From Carpediemonas membranifera BICM (Eukaryota; Protista; Fornicata): DNA of 64,000 nucleotides. Position 1 is the first letter of the stretch; the number at the start of each line of letters is the position of its first letter. The notes below the pieces were generated by a model that was not told the DNA's origin, made no database searches, and worked only from the letters and a program-made list of their open reading frames with translations. Made by a program: the position numbers and the translations under genes. Below, one piece after another: positions 59,801-64,000 of the stretch. Where the stretch lies: positions 1,377,937 to 1,441,936 of the forward strand of contig JAHDYR010000005.1 in the NCBI GenBank assembly GCA_019828565.1, read 5' to 3'.

Positions 59801-62800
59801 GAGTTCAACGCGCAGCAGAAGAAGGTCGAGGCTCTCATCCAGGGCCTCGAGGAGACACAGGCAGAGCAACAGCGGGTGCACACCGAGGCCGTGGAGGCCA
59901 TCCGCGAGCAGGCGACGGTGGAGATGGCACGGGTCGACGATGAGCTCGCTGCTGTCAACAACGCCGTTACCCGAGAGAACACGGAGCTCAAGGCCGCAGT
60001 CGACCTCGCCATCGAGACTGCCACCGCGAGAGACGAAGAACGGTATGCCAACGCTCTAAGGGCAGTTGAGGGGCTCTCTACCATGCTCGACGAGCACAGC
60101 ATCGCTGTTACTAAGCAGGTCGACGCGACGTCGGCCCGAATCACAGCCCACGAGGAGGCTACGACGAAGGCCATCGAGGGGGTCAGGGAATACGCCCGGG
60201 CCGAGGCCAGCACCGTGCAGTCTCACGTCGATACAGTCGCAAAGGCTGTCGCGCAGGCTAAGGACACTATCGCCCAGGTCGATGAGAAGCACGGCAAGCT
60301 CTCAGAAGAACGCGCCGCTGAGGCCGTGAAGCAGGCTGCCCAACACACTGACGAGGCAGCCAAGACGCTCGAGGCAGCCCTCAAGGACACTAGAGGAGAC
60401 ATCACCCTGGAGTTGGCCGATGCCGAGAGGAAGGTAGTCCTCCTCGGCGACGATCTCACCGCTGCCTTGGAAGCTGAGGCCAAGGCCCGCGCCGAGGCCG
60501 TTGCTGCAGTTTGTGCTGACGCTGCTGCTGCTAAGGACGCTGCTGATGTCTTTGCCACCTCTGTCAAGGATGAGTTCGCCGCTGTCCGCGAGGAGGCAGC
60601 CACTGCTCGCGAGACCAAGGCCGCCGAGTCCGTCAAGCGCGACGCCGACCTCCAGGAGGCCATCAACACGAATGCGACCAGCATCGCCAAGGTCTCTGAA
60701 ACCCTAAACTGCGCAGTCACTGAGGCCGCTGGCCGTGATGAGCGCATCCAGGCCATCGTGGCTGAACAGACCGCCGCCAAGGGCCTGATCGACGCTGTCG
60801 CCGCCACTGCCGACGCCGCGGTCGTCTCTGCCAACAAGAGCATCGCCGGTCTCGACGCTATCCCCGTCGCAGCCGCCGCCACCGAGGCAAAGCTCATGGC
60901 CGAGCTCGAATCAGTCCGCGCCGACGTAGACGCTTCTCTCAAGGACGAGCGCGCTCACACGGCTGCCCGCTTCGCCCTCACCAAGGAGGAGGCGGCTCGG
61001 GCAGACAAGGAGGTCAGAGACACACTGCAGATCAAAACGATGTCTCTCTCGGTCAACCTCGAGCACGCCATCACCGAGGCTGAGGCTGGCCTGCAGGCCC
61101 AGGTCGAGACCCTCGCTGCCAAGCACGAGGCGTACGTGGCGACCGCTGACGACAGATGTGGCGCCATCGAGCAGACTGCCGCTGCGCTGGCCGAAACTGT
61201 TGCTGAGAACACCAGGGAGGCCGAGAGACAACGGGTCGAACTCAAGGAGGAGACTCACGCGCACGTGGAGGCTTCCAAGGCGGTTGTGATGGCAGCTGTG
61301 GAGGACAAGGCCGCGTCGCTCAACTCACAGGTAGAGGCCCTCGAGGAGACCATCAAAGCCGAGTCCAACACCATGGCCGCCCTCTCCAAGCGGGTGTCGA
61401 GCCACACTAGAGCCACAGACGACGCCATCGACGCATTCCAGAAGCAGGCCGGTGCCTCCATTACAAGCATCAGCCAGACTCTGACCCGGGCCACTGAGTC
61501 GCTCGAGTCTGACCTGGCCGCCGTCAACGAGAAGATGACCGCGAATGTCGAGGTCAAGTTCAACTCTGCTGTGTCAGCGATCAGTCAGGCAGAGGAGCGC
61601 GTCACCATGCTCTGCGAGACTCTCCAGCGTGCCTCGCTGACCCAGCTTGATGGTGTCAGAGTCGACCTGGCGGAGCGTCTGGCGATTGCTGAGAAGGCAG
61701 CCACGAACGCCGACCACATCGCCAAAGAAACGCACGCCTCAGTGAAGGCGTTCAAGGCCTCTATCAGCGCCAGCCTCGAGCATACCGAGAAGAGCGTGTC
61801 CGCCCACCAGAAGCGCTCTGAGGGCCAGCTTGAGGCGCTCAGCGCGGAGCTCAAGACAGAGTTCACCGAGCTCATCGCCAGAGAGCGGGAGAGCCGCAGC
61901 GCCGCGTCTGCAGGCCTCACTGAGGAGATCAAGGCCCTCGGCACGCGCGTGTCTCAGCATATCAGACACATCGAAGGCACCGCCGCCGCCTCGTTTGACC
62001 GTCTCAGAGGCGAGATCCGGGCCGAGGCCGAGTCCCGCAGAGCCGACGACGCCGCGGCCGACCGCAAGTTCTCAGACAGGCTCGCCGAGAACCAGGCGTC
62101 ATTCAAGGCCAAGCTCGCCCGTGTTGCCGACTCGGTCGCCTCGGTCAGAGGTTTGGTCGGGACAACCGACGAGAGCGTGCTCAGGAAGATCCGGGAGCTC
62201 GAGACGGCCGTGTCTAATGAAGTCGTCACTCGCCAGAAGATCACGGCCGCCATCACAGCGGATAAGACACAGCTGACGAAGGCCATGCAGGTTCTCGACA
62301 GAGACCGCCAGAAGGCCACCCTCGAAAACATTGCCGCCCTCAAGAACGAGCTTGCCGCTGCCAACTCTGGTGTCATGGAGCGTATGGACGCGATCGAGGC
62401 CCGTTTCGCCGACTGGCAGACCTTTGCTCGGACGAGAGACGAGGACCTCGCCGCGCACGTCAAGCGCTCTCAGGATAGCAGCCGCGAGAGCATCGCCAAG
62501 GTCGACTCGACTGTATCCAGAGTCGTTGCCACATCTGATTCACTCAACACCAAGCTGCTGCAGCTTGAAGAGGATCTGACCACCACGAAGGCGACATTCA
62601 TGCGGCAGATCGACACCATCCTCAAGCGTGCGGACCAAGCCATCTCTGTGGCCGACAGCGTCTCCCACGAGGGCCGCGTCCTCTCTGCCACGGTAGAGAC
62701 GAAGCTGCTCGACCTCGGGCAGCCGCCCAGGCCTCAGAGCAAGCGGCCCGCCATGCTGAGTACCCCCGGCATGTCTCGGAGCGGCAGCAAGGACGTCATC

Positions 62801-63154
62801 CTCAGCCGGGTTCGGGCGGACGACGATGCCTCCTCTCGTGCCTCCACGCCTATCGCTGCAGCGGAGAAGAGCGTGCTCTACGACGAGTGGTACAAGCCAG
62901 TCGCCAACGACCCCATTGACGAGCGGGTCCAGCAGGTTCTCAGAGACTTGAACATGCCTTACCGGATCCACTTCCCAAGGATGGGCAGCGGTGTTTACTT
63001 TGCTGGTAAGCGGCTGCAGGTCATGGTTGGGCATGATGGCACGCTGTATTGCACCCCCCTGACGGGTAACACGAAGGGCGAGCCGACGAAGCTGGCGACT
63101 TATCTGCAAGGGTGGATCAAGGAGCGCGCGGTGCGGGAAGGGAACCGTGCATAG
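56816..63154 (+). CDS. Large Ala/Glu-rich coiled-coil protein with possible C-terminal GAS2-related (GAR) domain
   Basis: ~2110-aa uninterrupted ORF; C-terminal DERVQQVL...PRMGSGVYFAGKRL...LATYLQ. Confidence 0.85.
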   Translation: MNDAKAKLEALSGTVELSLLSKRVEDLEAKLDVSSILKEAISTEVMQKFESKIDSVRSILLERIDQMNSVISSAKQAAIDAAKPSSEASLNAMSAVKQAQENITDFETKIEDLTKKIHDGEEFYSQMVDSIKAQTSKLVTSTAEALKASINALNTRILEEGVTRLAAHDRLELNVETQAEKDTQLETRIESVSAQFEQLMSHIRDTEANTAKEVEKLAAQLGEGLAGFKDTADGMIADAVVEARTMLENSQQETSNDLATSLNSAVADIHPRIAQLREYVDQANDSMTEDLAAVQMKVEKVGTALDQGLAVTRTAIAERLRAMIDEHANAAEARNQGLEELIAGVREAMEEGVKTTTDRIGEVDGAVSTLRGDVTRTIKDLEASTAAETSAVRDSVQKHKAAVTEETTAIRTVMAAQSEATTDRMAKLEQATADRLAAFDSQIAQIRAESAAGLKAVNSVLQTAQAEVESATAETAASVAHHVAALNKKYDLLSDDVRRRVDEVHADLQGTCDEINAKLSALEGTHGADIEMQRRALEDLDGRTASSLADAKDAIEASIAETRAQTAAADAELRRLLSAQSRVQTESLDKAKESFATALGDSVDNSHGNLVAAEARVIERIHTQAAGAANGMRSLGIRIDKVANSLAEHSSATTVRLGDLDTHLDIVDRKLASWINAAPGRTSALGRDIEGRTRMALRTWTDKIDQTAAELKNEYTAHAKDVDERFGQVSELHANVKADVVAVRAELAAAEHRAAAHADERMTNAVSRADSVQDSLAERLTAASKEAEEARHALSETLRDSIAAAMNQQAEDLAAVREEAAKAGKEDEARDAALSARIDEVNAALARQAEEDEARDAEIVESLENKARELETATADLESKTTAALESFRLETAHSAAEQAEKTHAMINTVTSAVATTDAALQTQKAETEALRETLQALEQSTRVLVDEVVSSSVASATSAARQDSADLNNRIDVLTLKLGAVGQSLAQETVDRTEEFNAQQKKVEALIQGLEETQAEQQRVHTEAVEAIREQATVEMARVDDELAAVNNAVTRENTELKAAVDLAIETATARDEERYANALRAVEGLSTMLDEHSIAVTKQVDATSARITAHEEATTKAIEGVREYARAEASTVQSHVDTVAKAVAQAKDTIAQVDEKHGKLSEERAAEAVKQAAQHTDEAAKTLEAALKDTRGDITLELADAERKVVLLGDDLTAALEAEAKARAEAVAAVCADAAAAKDAADVFATSVKDEFAAVREEAATARETKAAESVKRDADLQEAINTNATSIAKVSETLNCAVTEAAGRDERIQAIVAEQTAAKGLIDAVAATADAAVVSANKSIAGLDAIPVAAAATEAKLMAELESVRADVDASLKDERAHTAARFALTKEEAARADKEVRDTLQIKTMSLSVNLEHAITEAEAGLQAQVETLAAKHEAYVATADDRCGAIEQTAAALAETVAENTREAERQRVELKEETHAHVEASKAVVMAAVEDKAASLNSQVEALEETIKAESNTMAALSKRVSSHTRATDDAIDAFQKQAGASITSISQTLTRATESLESDLAAVNEKMTANVEVKFNSAVSAISQAEERVTMLCETLQRASLTQLDGVRVDLAERLAIAEKAATNADHIAKETHASVKAFKASISASLEHTEKSVSAHQKRSEGQLEALSAELKTEFTELIARERESRSAASAGLTEEIKALGTRVSQHIRHIEGTAAASFDRLRGEIRAEAESRRADDAAADRKFSDRLAENQASFKAKLARVADSVASVRGLVGTTDESVLRKIRELETAVSNEVVTRQKITAAITADKTQLTKAMQVLDRDRQKATLENIAALKNELAAANSGVMERMDAIEARFADWQTFARTRDEDLAAHVKRSQDSSRESIAKVDSTVSRVVATSDSLNTKLLQLEEDLTTTKATFMRQIDTILKRADQAISVADSVSHEGRVLSATVETKLLDLGQPPRPQSKRPAMLSTPGMSRSGSKDVILSRVRADDDASSRASTPIAAAEKSVLYDEWYKPVANDPIDERVQQVLRDLNMPYRIHFPRMGSGVYFAGKRLQVMVGHDGTLYCTPLTGNTKGEPTKLATYLQGWIKERAVREGNRA

Positions 63155-63363
63155 GGTGAGTGTTGTAACTGTACTAAAAGTGTTGATACTGGGTTGTTTC
63201 CAGACGAATGAGGTTATCAAGGGCAAAAGGGGGTGAATATGAGGGGACCTGCGCTGTGGTGGTTAGTATACGAGAGATGGTTGGAGATTGGTCGGCGAGA
63301 GGTGGTGTCCAGGCATTTATGGTCATGTAACAGTGCGGCGTATCAGGACGAAAGAAGCCATCG

Positions 63364-64000
63364 ATGAACCGCCTGAGCACGGTGGACTACAGGCAGCTGG
63401 TGTCGCCGCCGCAGTCGCTCTTCATCCAGAGCAAGCAGCACCAGGTGCACTTGCTCTCCAAGGACCCCGTGTGCCCGCGGAAGTACCTTGTGCCGATCCT
63501 GCTGTGCCACGGCGCCTTCCACGATGCCGACTGCTGGACATTCAACCTGCTGAACTACTTCTGCGCCAAGGGCTTCTACACATACGCCTTCTCGATGCGT
63601 GGCCATGGCGAGTCGACACTCCCGTCGGTCCAGCACCTGCGCGGCTGCGCCATGCGCCATTTCATCAGCGACCTGATGCTCATCGAGGACTACGTCACCC
63701 GCAACCACGAGGGCCGCCACCCCCTGCTCATGGCGCACTCCATGGGCGGCAAGGTCGCCATGTACGCGGCCAAGCTCATGCTCAAGCGCGAGGTCAAGTT
63801 CAGCGGACTCGTCCTGCTCGCGTCGATGCCGCCCGACCGCTGCATCAAGTCGTGCCTCCAGCTGGCGCGCAGACACCCCTCGCTGACGCTCAAGACGGCG
63901 CTCACGCTGCGCCCGCGCTACCTGATCAGCACGCCGACGGCGCTGCGCGACATGATGTTCGGCTCGAACACGAGCATCGAGATCATCATGAACTCGCTGC
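63364..64000 (+). CDS. Alpha/beta hydrolase, runs off the window end
   Basis: ILLCHGAFH, FSMRGHGES, AHSMGG nucleophile elbow; true start uncertain. Confidence 0.88.
   Translation, partial: MNRLSTVDYRQLVSPPQSLFIQSKQHQVHLLSKDPVCPRKYLVPILLCHGAFHDADCWTFNLLNYFCAKGFYTYAFSMRGHGESTLPSVQHLRGCAMRHFISDLMLIEDYVTRNHEGRHPLLMAHSMGGKVAMYAAKLMLKREVKFSGLVLLASMPPDRCIKSCLQLARRHPSLTLKTALTLRPRYLISTPTALRDMMFGSNTSIEIIMNSL

Noticed and set aside
57184-63876. Numerous minus-strand ORFs
   Set aside because: Antisense shadows of GC-rich coding sequence.

Overview
Eukaryotic DNA from a compact protist-like genome (31-34 nt spliceosomal introns, short intergenic regions; a free-living metamonad such as Carpediemonas is only a guess). 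Positions 1 to ~46.2 kb are a nested transposon island; ~46.9-64 kb is gene-dense host sequence (DUS2, TRM8, a cyclin, XPD, a 2.1-kaa coiled-coil protein, an alpha/beta hydrolase). The island can be rebuilt from target-site duplications (TSDs). Two head-to-tail tyrosine-recombinase (DIRS/PAT-type) retroelements are present. The second is split by chromovirus-type Ty3/Gypsy element A (which itself contains B and C), by a 9.8-kb TA-flanked TIR element with no visible transposase, by element D and by truncated element E. Most striking: all five Gypsy families have very short LTRs (55-108 bp) and no tRNA primer-binding site; the four complete ones have 4-bp TSDs. Each instead has its own perfect 12-bp AT-rich palindrome at the 5' LTR boundary, suggesting a tRNA-independent priming or dimerisation mechanism. 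Two families (C, D) also carry a homologous antisense ORF ending in a second, degenerate chromodomain. The DNA-element cargo includes SET-like and PHD-finger genes and two catalytically dead tyrosine-recombinase-like genes, each with its own trio of inverted operator-like sites.
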